A DNA stretch of 64,000 nt from Selaginella moellendorffii (lineage: Eukaryota > Plantae > Lycopodiophyta): NCBI RefSeq assembly GCF_000143415.4, contig NW_003314375.1, forward strand, positions 431,393 to 495,392. Reading direction: 5' to 3'. Each line of letters opens with the position of its first letter. Position 1 is the first letter of the stretch. A program made the position numbers and the translations under genes. Positions 25,025-38,856 of this stretch are shown piece by piece. A model generated the notes under the pieces. The model did not search any database, was not told the origin of the DNA, and saw nothing but the letters and a program-made list of their open reading frames with translations.

Positions 25025-28000
25025 TAGATTAAATAAGATACCTTGAGAGGTATATGTCACATGGCTTGGTATTTCTATTTACTTTGTAATCTTTGATTTG
25101 AACATCCAAGTGAATTTGGTGGACTGCCTTAAAGTTATAAGCACCTAGATAACATTGACTAAAGATTTTGTGTTATTCTTCTCATGTGAGGTTCCCTTAC
25201 TTTACTTTTAACTAGCCCTATTTCAAAATAAATGTTCTTGGTGACAATTTTCCAGCTTGGCTTTATATGTTGGAATTAAGCTTGATAATTGATAAGATAC
25301 CTTAGAAAGGTATTCTTTTTTACTAATGTGAACCTATAATAGAGGGTAAACATATCTTAGAAGTGTGTTGCTAAAAAGACGCTATTCTGTATTAATTGGA
25401 AGAAAGAATCATTTGGCATAAGAGGGCATTTCTTTTAGATTTGCAACTATGAAAAGAAAAAGGGTGTAGTTGATGGGACAAGTGTTGCTTCTTGGAGATT
25501 AAAACAAGCATTCATTAACAAATAATGACTTCTTAATAGAATTTGTGCCCATCACATTCTATCCTACAATAATAGGTGTTTCATATAAGTTCAAATACTA
25601 GCTTAGCATAGTTGCTAGTGCTTTTTGAAGTCAAAAGAATCCCTCTTTTTTGGAATAGCATCTAGGAAAAAATAGTGCCACATGAAAGCTCTAGCAATAA
25701 AACTTACAATTTCATAGACAATTTACAAACATGGTATAAAATTGTTTTGTTATACAAAATTTTGTCAACACAGTTTCCTGTGATAAATTATTTCAGTGGC
25801 TACGAGAAATTAACACATCACTAGCTGTCATTGAACAAATGTATGTCATTATTCTTGCACACTATCAAGAACTTAAATAGATTGAATATTGACATTAAAT
25901 AAAGATGTCTATTGTGTTTAGTTTATACATTAATGCCCTTGAGAGTTTAATGTCTTTTCAGAGATTTATATAGCTGACCATTTCACTCTAACATATAAGA
26001 ATTCAAACTAGTAAGAAATTCTCTATATTTCACCTTACCTCTTCATGAGTTTCTCTTGGAATTGCATCACATTCATTTGGCTAAATTCATCTGGCCTGCC
26101 ACAATTCTACAAGACAGAGTGCTTGATATTTTATGATTAATAATTTTTGAAAAAATTAAACTGAATATTTCTAAGTTAATCTAAAATAAAAAGATATGTG
26201 TATCTGTATAGACATTACTATAGAGAATGAAGATTGACTCTAACACAACATAACTGTAAATGACAATATATGTTGAGCAATAGAAGATAAACTCAAGACT
26301 CATATCAACTAGATAATAGAGGACCTTTTGTTATAAAAATGAGTTTGGAAAGTGAACACTAGATGAATTGTACTCCTGCAAAAAGGATGGAAGGGTCATT
26401 AACTTATTGATGCAAGGACTCTCCATCACTTGCATGACTTCTTGTTTCCTAAAAGAATCTCTATGTTAAAACCTTCCCTTGCAACAACATCAACATGATG
26501 TTGTTAATGCCAAGACCTTCACCTAGAAAGTGGAGGGTGCTAATTCAAAAAATATTGACAACTTTGATATCATCATCGGCTAATCTCATCACATGCTCAA
26601 CAGTAAACATTACTACCACAACCACATCCTAACCCTTGTCCTTGAACATGGATAGCAACAATGTCAATCTCCATTGAAACAAGAGCATCTTCCATAGGAA
26701 GTAGAGTTGAAGTATGTACTACTACAATTGGGAGAGGTGATGTAGTGTTGTGTTAGGCAAAGAGCATTGTCAAAGGTAATTAGAGCAAGTGCATAGGTCT
26801 CACAATATCTTGATAAAGCACTAAGCATAACATTCTCAACTTGATCCATTTTGACATATTAGCTCTACATAAAGCAAGAAGCACTCTAAAAGCAAACATA
26901 AATTGCATAATTGACTCAAAAGGTCATTGACAAAGCTAATGCAATTGCTAGAACACATTGTCACAATTGTTATCATATCTATCACGAATATGATTTTGGG
27001 TATCAAAAGATACCTATCAACTAATCCTTATGGACACTCTCTCCTTACTATTATGACAGCAAGAGATAGATACTACTAGTTCCCCTCAATAGCCCTTCTT
27101 GTCCAAGTGTTAATAAATTGAGCTTAACATCTGTATTTAGCCAGATGAACATAAGATAGGAACTTCTATGTATTTCTTGCTGAGCATACTCAGTTTGGCT
27201 TTTAATTCATTTTTGTTTTATCTTGCACTAGCTTGACAAGAACTATAGTATTGAGTATAGTCCCTCAATATTACTATATGATAGCTTACCGTATAGGCTA
27301 GATACCTTCACTATTATGTCCTATGTGTTAGTTCCATTCTAGTCCTATAAGGGAAAATGATTATATTGAGATTTGAGGTAGCTTGGGGCCATCACAAGCC
27401 CCAAAGGACAAAAAAACTTGAGTTTTGGAGCTGTGGAGTCTTCAAGCATTCTTTTGATTGATTTCTGAGACTGTTTGTTGGCACTTCCATTGGGCTCTAG
27501 TGGCACCAGTGGTGTAAAATCCGGTGTTGAAACACAGCACCTGTTCTTTTCTTTGCTCATGTTCGATCTTGCGCTGCTGGAACTGCTGCTGGTAGCTATG
27601 CGAAGGTCAGGTTTGAGAGCTGTTTACCGCAACTGAGTGGCTTCGTGGAGCTTCAACTAGGATTGGCAGCTGGTACAACCTGCTCTTGGCAGAAGAGGCT
27701 TTTGGAATTTGTATTTGGCAACCTTCTGATCTAGACTGGCCACTTCATGCTGCATACTTCGCTTCACACCTCATTCATAAAGACAGAGAAGAAGTACGGT
27801 GAAGGAGCAGTGAAGATGGTGTACACACTCCAGTGCTTCTGGCACATGCTGCTTGGCAGCCATATCCTTTTGCATGTTATGTCTTACACACGTTCTTTCT
27901 CCTTTCTCAAAAGGGATCCAAGTCAGTTCCCTGTCACTACTGTGCACACATTGTTCCAGCTGCTCTCAAAAATGTTGCCCAGAGTCCAAAAAGATTCCAC

Positions 28001-28405
28001 AGGACTTCACAAAAGCTGGATTGGGGCTTCAAGCGCAGGGTTATTGTTTGCTGCACAGATCCTTAAATCAGCTTACTCCACATGGTGTTCTTCTTTGGTG
28101 CGTGATGGAGCAAGAGATCCCAGATTTGCTGGAGCTTTTCATAAATGCACTGGGCACCTTTCTGGAAAGACAACAGCACAGCTTCTGCCTTGACATGGAT
28201 ATTTTTTAGAGAACAATGAATCCCCAATGGTGTTTGAAATCGGCAATGGAAAGCACTCACCAGCATAGGTTGGAAGCTGAGCCTAAAGGACAAAACCTGC
28301 AAAAGAAAAGCTACAAAGGCTACTAGTATTTCTTTCATAATATTAAAAGTCACTAAGTTATGAAAAGTATTGTAAGTCACTAAGTCATTTTCTTCATTCA
28401 CCAGC

Positions 28406-28406
<1 letters not shown>

Positions 28407-28465
<59 letters not shown>
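28407..28465. repeat. (AG)n microsatellite
   Basis: About 29 AG units. Confidence 0.95.
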
Positions 28466-28468
<3 letters not shown>

Positions 28469-28671
28469 TTCTTGGAATGGAACATTGCCCTCTTTTTCCA
28501 TCAGAGGAGTTCGTTACATTGGACATAAACCATAGTGTTTCAGAGGACCAGTACGTTGGTGTTTCTTTTCCACTAGGGCGATTGTAATTCTCAAACCACG
28601 GACAGGATTTATAATATCTGGGCATTCCAGGTATTGCCGCATTGTCCTTCTTAAGGTTTCCCTAGGCGGAA

Positions 28672-31600
28672 ATGGAGTTGGACGAAAATATTGCTAGAAG
28701 TTCTATTTGCGAGAGCAGCAGCAGTTTCTTTGGGGGTTGGGCCGAAGGTACAGTCTTCACATTCAACTGCGCAAAGAAAACGATCAACTCATATAGCAAC
28801 AAAGTTGAGCGATCCATAGGAATAGGAGGAGCCCAAAACCAAGATGTGGATATATGTAGGATGGAACAGAAAAAGGGGGTGTTTGGAAAACTGAAGCAAT
28901 GGATTGATAAGGACAATAGAAGATGGAAGGAGGACAAAATCAGGTTTATTAAACAGGTCAATGCTCATTCCAAAACAGAAGGAAAGCATGCCAACGCAAA
29001 AGCAATTTTAACGTATCACGGAGACGAGGGCTATTACAGATTAAATACTCGTTATACTGATCATAATGGACAAGCTGAGGAGCACCACAACAACATTTTG
29101 GTCAAGATAGTGCCAGAACACCAGAACATCAAAGGCAGAGAGACAGATAGAGTGACTGATCATTGCTACGGAAAATCAGACTTTGCTCCTGCTACGCGGT
29201 TTGCAGAGATTGATCCGCCAAGGTCGTTCATTTCAATCAAGAAATTGGTTAGCACCAACAAAAATGAAGTCCCAGAGAAAAGGACTAAGAACCCCAGGGA
29301 AAATCCGAGAATTCCTGAGTATGCTTATCAATGTGCGCGATTTAAGGGGAATTACGAGCTTCGCAAAAGTCTTAGCCCTGCTAAGAAAGCATATGAGCTT
29401 AGGAACGGGTTTAAAGCAAGAGTAAGTGCCAAGTTGATGGATCAGAAGTCTGATGACATGGCGAAAGAACCTATTCAAGGAAAACTCCTTAAAGTTTATG
29501 GAGGATGTGTGTGCATGGTGAACCAGAGCTCCATGCAAGAGACAATGATTATTTCAGAAAAAAAAACGTTGAAAGTACTTCAGAACATGACGGATGTCCG
29601 CAATAATGAAGTCATTCATCCGGAAAAAGTCGATTCAGTACCCTCAGAGACTTCTAAACTTCAGATGTCAGTGAAAAAGTGGAATGATGATGGAGTCTAT
29701 TCATCTCCTATGCGATCTCTCAGAGGTTCTTCTGAGGACCTCGTTGTTAGAAAGGCTGATAAAGCTGAAAGAAACTGTGTATGTGTTCCAACACAGAGTC
29801 TTGTATGTGATGCGTGTGTAACCATTTTAAGAAAGGCAAACCAGGAAGCTAATGCAAAACGGAGATTCAAATACCGTGGTAACTTTGGTCACAACATGAC
29901 ATATCGTTCCCTATTTGGAAAGAGAGCAATATATGATCCTGGTGTGGGGAAGGAGTCACAGGCTATTTTTGTCACAACAGTGAAAAAGAGAAAGCAAGAT
30001 AAGTCTATGGGCAACGTCAACAATCCCACAGAAACCTTTGAAAGCACCTTTAGCAGCATTGTTGCTGCAGATGATACTTCTCGGCTATCAAAACAGCAGC
30101 AGTCATTTGACGAAAGTCAAAGCAATGAGCATGATATTGTAAACCTGAAAAGTATTGTAAAGCGCTGCAAAATTCCTTCTGAGACCCCATCCCCAAGAAG
30201 TGAATCCACTGAACTTTTGATTTCACTTCAGAAGCAACAAGAAGAAGCTGAAAGGTCTAGCATTCAGATTTTAGAAGAGAGGATGCTTAAGGCTTTTGAG
30301 AAAGAAATTGATAAGATGCACAAGAACTCTCCAATGTTAACGAGAAAAGAAGCCTACCAACAAACTGTGTCCCAAGCTGAACTAGAAAATACAAAGAATG
30401 AAGAGTTCACTGGAGCTGCACTTCGAAATGAGCTTGAATTTAAGCTCCAATTTCCAGAACTGGTAAACTTGGACTCTGGGCTGTCAAGGATACATGTCAA
30501 ACCCGAGGAAATGTTTCCGGAGCTTATCAGTGTGCCCAGTAATATGATACGTCCGAAGGACGCAGCCGCAACATTCAAGTCCTCTCAATTTTCAATTCGA
30601 GATATTGTGTTGAATAACCAGAAACATCCTCAAATTCTTTTTCATGTGGAGAATGATCAAGAGCAAAGGGTACCACTCCTGGACCATGCAGATTCTTCAC
30701 GTAGTTTGAATTACAGATATTATCCTCATCCACCAAAACGTTCTCAAGGGTCATTCATGCATCCAAAAGACCTGCCTTGTGGAGAGCGTGGTCAGTTTTA
30801 TTATTACCTTCCAAGATGCTATTCAGCTCCTGAGCAACCTCATCAACAAAGTATTGATACTGCATATCCTTGTCACCATGCATATGCCGAAGACGTCTTT
30901 CTGGAACGGTTTTCACATGCGCGTAATGAGCCTTTCAACTATCATAGACAGCTCCATTCGTCTCACTGTGGAGATACCAAACGAAATCAATACGTTGCCA
31001 AGGCACCACCAAGTTTTCAACATCTGAATACTCAACATGTAAAAACAAGAAGATTCTCTCACCTCCCTGATTCTTTATGTTATAGTGTGACTTATCCTTT
31101 GACTCAGCGTGATTCATTTCCACGTTTTCAACCTGCTTGGTCCCGGAAAAGTGCTTGCACAAACTCTCATCATTGCCTCATTTCAGATAAGCAACTGGCA
31201 GTGAAGCATTCTGCAGTTAGAAAAACACCAATAAATCCTTGCTTGCCGCATTTGCTAACTGCAGAGGAAGCCGAAATTATTTTACGTATCAGGCACACGG
31301 TTGGCCAGGTAAGTTCATAAATGCTTACAGCTGTCAGCCTACTTGTCTGCATGCAGACCAAACAAGAAAGCACAGGGAACAATAAACAACCAGTGCATTG
31401 TAACCCATTGGCAGACTTTCGAAGCTCTTGCGCGAAAACATATCATAAAAGCGTACTCAGGGCTACTGAATGTGATAAAACTAATCGAGAGAAAGGGAAA
31501 CCTGTTATGACAGTGAATTCTCAGCTCCAGGTGAAGATTTTTCCTGTATTTAATCTGCAAATTTGGCATTCATACATGCAGAAACCGTATATGAGAGCCA

Positions 31601-32300
31601 TGAACCTTGAGGCTGCTGCATAAAAAATTCAGCGACTCTGGAGAGCCTTAAAGGCACGTTTGTTTTTTCCATTTTTCTTTTCACTTTAATTAGCATGACC
31701 CACTGGGATCATGCAGCACCAAAAAAGGTGAACGATGAAATGCAGAGCATTCATTCTAAAAAACAGAAAGCTGCGAGAAAATTGCAGAAGGCATGGAGAG
31801 ATTTTGTAAAACAGAGACCTGGCAGTGCAAAGGACTGTAGTGGTATGCGATAAATACTTGTAAACGGAAAAACTAACATAACCTTTACAGGGACTGTAGA
31901 ACATGGTCAAGAAAAGAAAACTCAGCAAGGGATTTGCAACGCCAACTTATGGTAATGGCGACACAAAACCTCAACCATTTTCCTATCTTGTTTTCCAACA
32001 GAGAAATTTCAAAGCCATAGTTTCCGTGTTTGAGCAGCCACGGAAGGGGCAAGGGTCCGACGTAGACTGACTTCGAGGAGGCTCCAAGGAATGGTCAAAG
32101 AGATAAAGGTTACTCTCACGGGTGACCATCACATATCATGGGTGAATCCTGCAGGAAATTTCCCTATTTCTTGACGAAGCTTCGAAAGATGGTACTTCCC
32201 CAAGACTACTTTCACAACTTTCAACCCAGCTGGAACAAAAGCGGCTGCAACTCGATACAGCTTTGAACTGTGAGCCCATCTTTGCTGAAACGTATAAGGT
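28672..32300 (+). CDS. Large low-complexity protein gene with IQ-like calmodulin-binding motifs; 2.6-kb open first exon, damaged 3' exons (possible pseudogene)
   Basis: 882-codon ORF ends at donor CAG|GTAAGT (~31308); later short-intron exons give AAA*KIQRLWRALK and KAARKLQKAWRDF; in-frame TAA at 31621. Confidence 0.6.
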
Positions 32301-34029
32301 TAATGGTTACAGAAACAGGTCCGGGAATGACAGCAAAATTCCTCCTCAAGAGATGCCTGGCAACTCCAATTTGGGTTTGTTAATCAAGTTCCACATTTTG
32401 TATTTGTTTTTAATGGCCATTTTGCAGTGATCGAATTGTTGATTGTAGCAGAAACAGTGTTTGGAACATGAACAAGGTATATAAATACCTGTCTGGTAAG
32501 AATTTAGCAGACTACCACTTTTTCTCATGGTTAAATGATTCCGTAGGCTGTCCAACCAGAACTATTCAGCATTGGGCATCTTCCAAAGCAGATTTACATG
32601 ATGTGTTCCTTATGGATGTGTAAAGGAAAAACGTCGTACTTGAGCATAAGGGCAGAGGCACTTGAGGATGTCAAGCAAGATGGTGGTATTTGAAACAAAG
32701 TTTTGTTAGAGGATTGTCTCAAGATTCCAACTTCTTTTAGAGATGGTGGCTTGGATGGGTGTAGATAATGTGAAGAAGTTCTTGGCTGCCAAAGGAGCTC
32801 TAAATAAGTCCTACTGCATAAACTGAGTTTGGAGTGAAAGATCAAGCAGCACTTGCTTATGCAGCTTCGAATCGTGCAATCATAAGTCTCTGTAATGGAA
32901 AATCCTGTGGAAGCAAGGATAAGAAATAAATTATAAACCATAGTCTGTGGTGGTAACTTTGTATGTGAAAGGGCTGAAATGCGTTGTGAAGAATTACAAG
33001 CAAGGTTGTCAGCAAAGGTTGGACATTAGAAGGCTGATCATCCACAGCTCAAGAACAAGTATCCAAGCAAAGAATCTAGAATGAAAAACACACACATTAG
33101 CATGCCTAAGCCCACACCCAAGAGCTTGATGCCATGCTACACCTGAGCTACACCCTTGTAGATCATTTAAGAGATTCAAACAACACATTCGAGTAAATTT
33201 AATGAGTACTTAACCTAAGAAGAAGCGTGCAGAGGATGGTTCCCGCGATTGTACCTGCACTAAAACTAGATTGCAGGCACACTTTTGATCACTGCAACTG
33301 CCGCACGTGCGACCTCCCCAAAACCCTGATGAGACCAAGAAAGAGCTCCCGTGCTTGAGAGCTTGTGCAAGATCAAGTTTAGCCCATGAGAAGAAACCCT
33401 GGCTGGCGTGTGTGCTCACTTGCAAGAACTGTTGCCTGTGTGTGTGATGAATTGTGCGCAAATGAAGAGGAATTTGTGACAATCAGGAGATCACAAATCA
33501 GAGACAAGAATGAGAAAATAAAAACCCTTGTTAGATTCTCAGTGACATCACATTGTGTTAGCATCTTGTTGTGTGGCAATCTTGCATGTCATACCCCATA
33601 TATGACATGTCTCATGGAAAAATTATTATGCATACAATCACATTTTGATTGCTCATAATAATTTTGTGTGCAATCAAAAACAAAAAAAATCTGCACATGA
33701 GTAAATAAAAAATGCACCCTCCCCATAGCCTTTCCGAGTAGAGTCAGATAATTCAATAAATCATTATTAACTAAAGATATACTTGTTTTCCTAGTAGATA
33801 TTTAGGGAAAGAACATGTGTTTGCATGTACATAATCATATTACCAAGTTATTAAGGTATGGTTAAGCATATAAAGGACCTTTCTTATTTGATAAATAATT
33901 GACTAAGGTTTCTTCAAATTTTGCTTCAGTGGAGTTTTCTATGTCAAGTTTAGTAAGAGAAATGGAATTTGGCATTATTTTTAACGAATTAGATGCCAGT
34001 TTTAACAACATAGTCAATATAGGTCAAAG

Positions 34030-34680
34030 GTCACATGAGGCATGAATTTAGGGTTAAGGATACATAACCTACCCTAGAAGCTCATAGTAGTGGTAGAGCT
34101 TTTGAAGTAGGTCAAGGGTAGTTAGGTGGTGAGAATCTACATTGGCATATTAGAGCTTTTGAAGTAGGTCAAGGGTAGTGAAGTGGTGAGAACCTCAAGA
34201 GGAGGTGTACCATTATTTAGTTGAGGCTAGGCAACATGGTATGAAGCTCAAGCTTAGAATTATTTAGTTGATGCTAGGCAATATGGTATGGAGCTTAGAT
34301 TTAAACCTAAGTTAGATACACAGTGTAAGCTCATGAATTTGGACTTTTTGGCAGGTCACCCAATCTACTACTCAAACCCACGTTTATCCCCAAATATCCC
34401 AAGATTTTTAACCGATTGGAAAAGGGGGTGCACAATTATTCATGACCCCTTTCCTTGTATGTCCACCAATTAAAAGTGTACTTGCTTGTGAGACACAAAT
34501 CTCTAAGCCCGAAAGTGGAGCTGAAGTGTGCCATATGGCAGTGGTCAAAATGGAAGTCCAACAAGCGTAACAAGTTGGGACCAAAAGCTCTGACCCAGAA
34601 AGTTGAGAGTGAGAGTGGAACTTCGAACGAAGTGCTCAAGGAATGAGTATGAAACGATTGATGAATAAATCTCTAGAAAG
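34030..34680. mobile_element. Cluster of LTR fragments: 40362-family LTR remnant (~34030-34300), truncated Cassandra LTR (34324-34455), LTR-C 5' fragment (34487-34680)
   Basis: Direct similarity to the full copies elsewhere in the window. Confidence 0.75.
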
Positions 34681-35031
34681 GAACACAAGTGGTTGGTGAC
34701 ACTGGAAAATCATTTATATTTAATACAATTATAATGCATCTGAAAAATACAGGGGAAAAAACTGTGGCAGTGACATGGACTGAAAGTAAGTACACTTTTA
34801 ATTGGTAGACATACAACTTTTAAATTACCAGTTCCTATTACTGAAACAAGTACATTTGACATATGTGGAAATGAAATTGAGAGAAGCAAGATCTTTCTGA
34901 TAACTTTTTGCACGTAATCTAATAGTTCACACTCACCATATAACTATAGTTTAAAGCTTGTGATTATTCATGAATGTAATAAAAATTATCACCAAATAAA
35001 TAATCTATTATTCTTTCAGTATACTAACTAC

Positions 35032-35150
35032 CCCAGTGGAACTGGGATCCCAGCTAGTACTCCCTTTACTAAATCTGCTATTTGCAGTAGCATCTATTTG
35101 TCATATTCCTTTTTTAGAATATTATTTACTTAATTGGACGGTTACTATTT
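35032..35150 (+). mobile_element. Helitron 3' terminus (CTAG 35054-35057) joined to a Helitron 5'-terminal repeat
   Basis: CCCAGT-GGA-ACTGGG hairpin, ATCCCAG, then CTAG|TACTCCCTTTACTAAATC. Confidence 0.85.
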
Positions 35151-36108
35151 GGTTACTTTCAAACAACTGCCTAAATTAAAACACGTGAAGGGTTGAAACC
35201 TTTCCTTAGACGTTTAAATTTTTTAGGGTGAGCCCGATTCAATTATCAGTCACCTGGTTTATTCTCCTTTTCAGTGCCTTTCAGAAGCAACCAAGCTGGG
35301 CTCAGACGATACTTTTGACCAATGCTTTTGGCTATCGCAACTTGTGCTGGTATGTAAGCAAATTTGCAAATCCTTTTCTCTCTTTTGTGGCATTCATGCA
35401 TCTCTTTGGCCTTGATGTTGGTACTCCCTGTCCGGCATAGGCTACAAGTTATGTGAGATTTGCAAATCCTTTCTCAAGATAATTCATATTCTTCTTCTTT
35501 GGCTTTGATTGCAGTAACTACATTCATGAGTTTCAAGACCACACTTGCTTTGGATCATCACCACGAAATTAGAGGAGTGCCTCAGCACTTTAAGCAGCCA
35601 GCCTGCTGCGTCCTTCAAGTACGTTAATGAAGCTATGAATTCTTGGACATCTATTTTTCTCTAGCAGTGGCTGCTTAAGCTCTTCCAGTTTTTGAACAAG
35701 ATTCCCACCAGCAACCAAAAGCTCCAAAGATATCAAGAGCATTGGATTGGAAGTGAATCTCATGAGTCTGGCAACACAAAGCTGTCTCGGAAGTATTTCC
35801 TTCATATCTTTTCTTTTTTTATCCTTCTCTCTGTTCATTTCTGTGGTTTTGTCCTTGACACGTTCTTTAAGCCTGGCAAGTTGAGCACGGGATTGATCAT
35901 ACACTATTGTAAGCTTGCTTAAATCTCCAATTTGTAAACTTCAATGACTTGGTTTTTCCAGATTGGGAAGTTTTACCAGAGTGCATAGATTAAGCTTTAA
36001 GCTTGAGAGGGGTGGACAAGCTTTTTTGAAAGTCTCGAGAGCCCAGCCAGAGTGACTTAGATTGTGTCATTGCAGGCAAATTTAGGACAAAAGGACTTTG
36101 TGTCTTGG

Positions 36109-36709
36109 TTTAGGACATTGCCCGAGCTCCAGGTTAGCGAGAGAAATTTCACTAAAACTGCTTACTAGATGCTCCTTATCTATTTACATAATTAATGGCA
36201 CCAAAGAAAATCCCTGGCCTAGGGTTGGCAATGGTCCAGAAATGAATCATAGTTAAGTGGCATCACATCAGCAATCTTTCAAAGTTCTCCAAGGCTTAAC
36301 TTCTTAATGCTGGAAGTGTACAAAATATTCACTTCATTCTTTGAGTTGCTTGAAGTTGCCATGAGGCCTCCAATTAAGGCCAATGCAACATGAGCTTTTA
36401 TGGAGAAAAGCTTTAGGACTTTGCCCGAGCTCCAGGTTAGCGAGAGAAATTTCACTAAAACTGCTTACTAGATGCTCCTTATCTATTTACATAATTAATG
36501 GCACCAAAGAAAATCCCTGGCCTAGGGTTGGCAATGGTCCAGAAATGAATCATAGTTAAGTGGCATCACATCAGCAATCTTTCAAAGTTCTCCAAGGCTT
36601 AACTTCTTAATGCTGGAAGTGTACAAAACATTCACTTCATTCTTTGAGTTGCTTGAAGTTGCCATGAGGCCTCCAATTAAGGCCAATGCAACATGAGCTT
36701 TTATGGAGA
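36109..36709. repeat. Near-identical ~298-bp tandem duplication (period 303)
   Basis: 36109-36406 versus 36412-36709, about 2 mismatches by eye. Confidence 0.95.
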
Positions 36710-38856
36710 TTTGGTATAAGTGAAAATCCGTGATTCATATCACTATGGATTTCTTCTTTTGTGCCATATGTAACAGGTGGTAAAGAAAGGATAGAAGCCA
36801 CCAAAGTCTTTGGCAAAGACCGGACTGGCAAAACTCAACTAGCCATACGGAGCTAGTGGTAAAGTGGCTTAAGCTCCTGGAGCCACAAGGTAGGTTTTGG
36901 ATTTCCAAACTGGACATACATGCATGAGCATCGATACAACCTTTTGATTGGTAGCAGCTGAAATGAAGGCTCACCACTCATCCAGGATTTCATCCTTGCG
37001 CAAAAATTTATTCTCGGATGTGCACTAACACCCTCGACTCTGCACAAGAACTGGTGTGGGAGAATGTCCACCAAACAGAGCTCTTGCTTTCTTGGTAAGA
37101 ATTAACTATCTTTTATTCAGATCTAACAAGGAACTCATTACCGCCTTGTTTGGAGTAGACTTCTTTGGGCGTGGAGAATTTAATAGGGACAATTCCAGAG
37201 GCCTTTTCTTTGCATGGTACAAACTTTGACTTAAACACCAGAATACGAAAAAGTTCAAAGACATCAAAGGCTGTGATGGGGCCAGGGGGGGAAATAGTTG
37301 AGTTCAGCAAGTAAGGTCGACAAGATCCTGTAAGCAGTAAGCAGGAGAAAAAAAGGCTGCAATATAGTAACTAACACTGGAATTATCTTTTTGCTCATTG
37401 TCATTTTCCAGCAACAAGTCGGGCTGTATTACTAGGAATGAGATCCTTCCAGTTGAAGGCGTGAAGAACTTACGAGCTCTTGTGCATTGCATCTTGCTGA
37501 TGAAAGAAGAAGCCACTTTCGATGTTTGTAGCCTCTTTGTTATGGTTTTCTGAAAAGGATTGGTTTTGTTCATGGAAAATGTGGGATGGCACCACCGCAG
37601 CACGAGCTGCACTTGGTGCTGGATTTGGAGTCGACCTAGCGATTGTCGTGGTTGCATCTGCAGCACTTGGCAGACCATAAAGGATTTGACGAACAAACAA
37701 TAAACACTCTTTGTTATTTGAAAGTCACCAATCGTTGGTTTATAAACAAGGTTACGTGATATTTCTCGCTCTATTTGATTGTGAGCAGATGTGGAGGCTC
37801 CAGTGCCAATCCGGTAAGCAATTGAATCTACATCGAGTGAATGCCAATATATTGAGAATTGTGGCAATATGCAGTGAAAATATGATCACAGTGGCAGATG
37901 TCTCTGGGGAGAAGACCTTCGCATCAAGTAAATTTTGCTCGATCCTTGTGCCTAGATGAGGTAGAGACCCTGCATTTTTGGATATTTTGCCCTAATTTTT
38001 ATTGCGTGTGTAGAAAATCAGTTGACTATGGTGAAGGTTTTTCTGGCTATAGCCCGTGCACAAACCTCTTCATTTGGACGTGGTTAGTAAGTCCTTTTTC
38101 TTTCTGATGTTTCTTCAGTAGCTCTTTTGTGAACTTTGCGCAGGAATATTTGAATGATAGGATGCATCTCCAAAGGATAAAGTATGCACTAAAACCAGAA
38201 CAGGCATTTTGACTTATATATTCCTGGACAATGTTTTGGTATATATGATTTAGTTTCTATTTTCTAACATTATTTTTCTGTATATGCTTAGTTATATGTT
38301 AATAAATTAGGCAATTGTATGTAGTGGAGATATATAGTGATATATTTACTCAAGAGATGAAGGCTTAAAGATGAAGTTGGAGTAAAGGTATTTAAGATTT
38401 GAGAGCTTAGATAGAAACTTTAAAAGTTACCAAAATTATGTGAATTGTGGTTTAGGAGAAACCACCTTCTCTTAAACTGTATATGAGAAAAGAGTATGTA
38501 ATTAATTTGATACTATAATATTAAAATTACAGATAGTTACTTTTATTGTATAAAAATGGTATATGGTAAACCTAATAAAAACCATGTTTTAAAGTAAAAG
38601 TAGATAAAGTAGTTACTATAGAAAATGACATATTTCATAACTTAAAATACTATTTTGTTTTGTAAATTACTTTTATTTAATTAATAAATTTATATTAATA
38701 CATAATCTAGTGATAAATAATATTCCTAAATAATATTCTAACAGAAGAATATGTGACGCCTGATGCTTTTATTTCGACTAATTTTTTAAGTTAGGGTCTG
38801 GTTTAAAACATTCTTTTTCCTTTACAAGCAAATGAAACTTCATATCTATTTAGGTC

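Noticed and set aside
25030-28330. Decayed coding-like tracts and ORF 27747-28193
   Set aside because: No motif I can assign; needs a translated search
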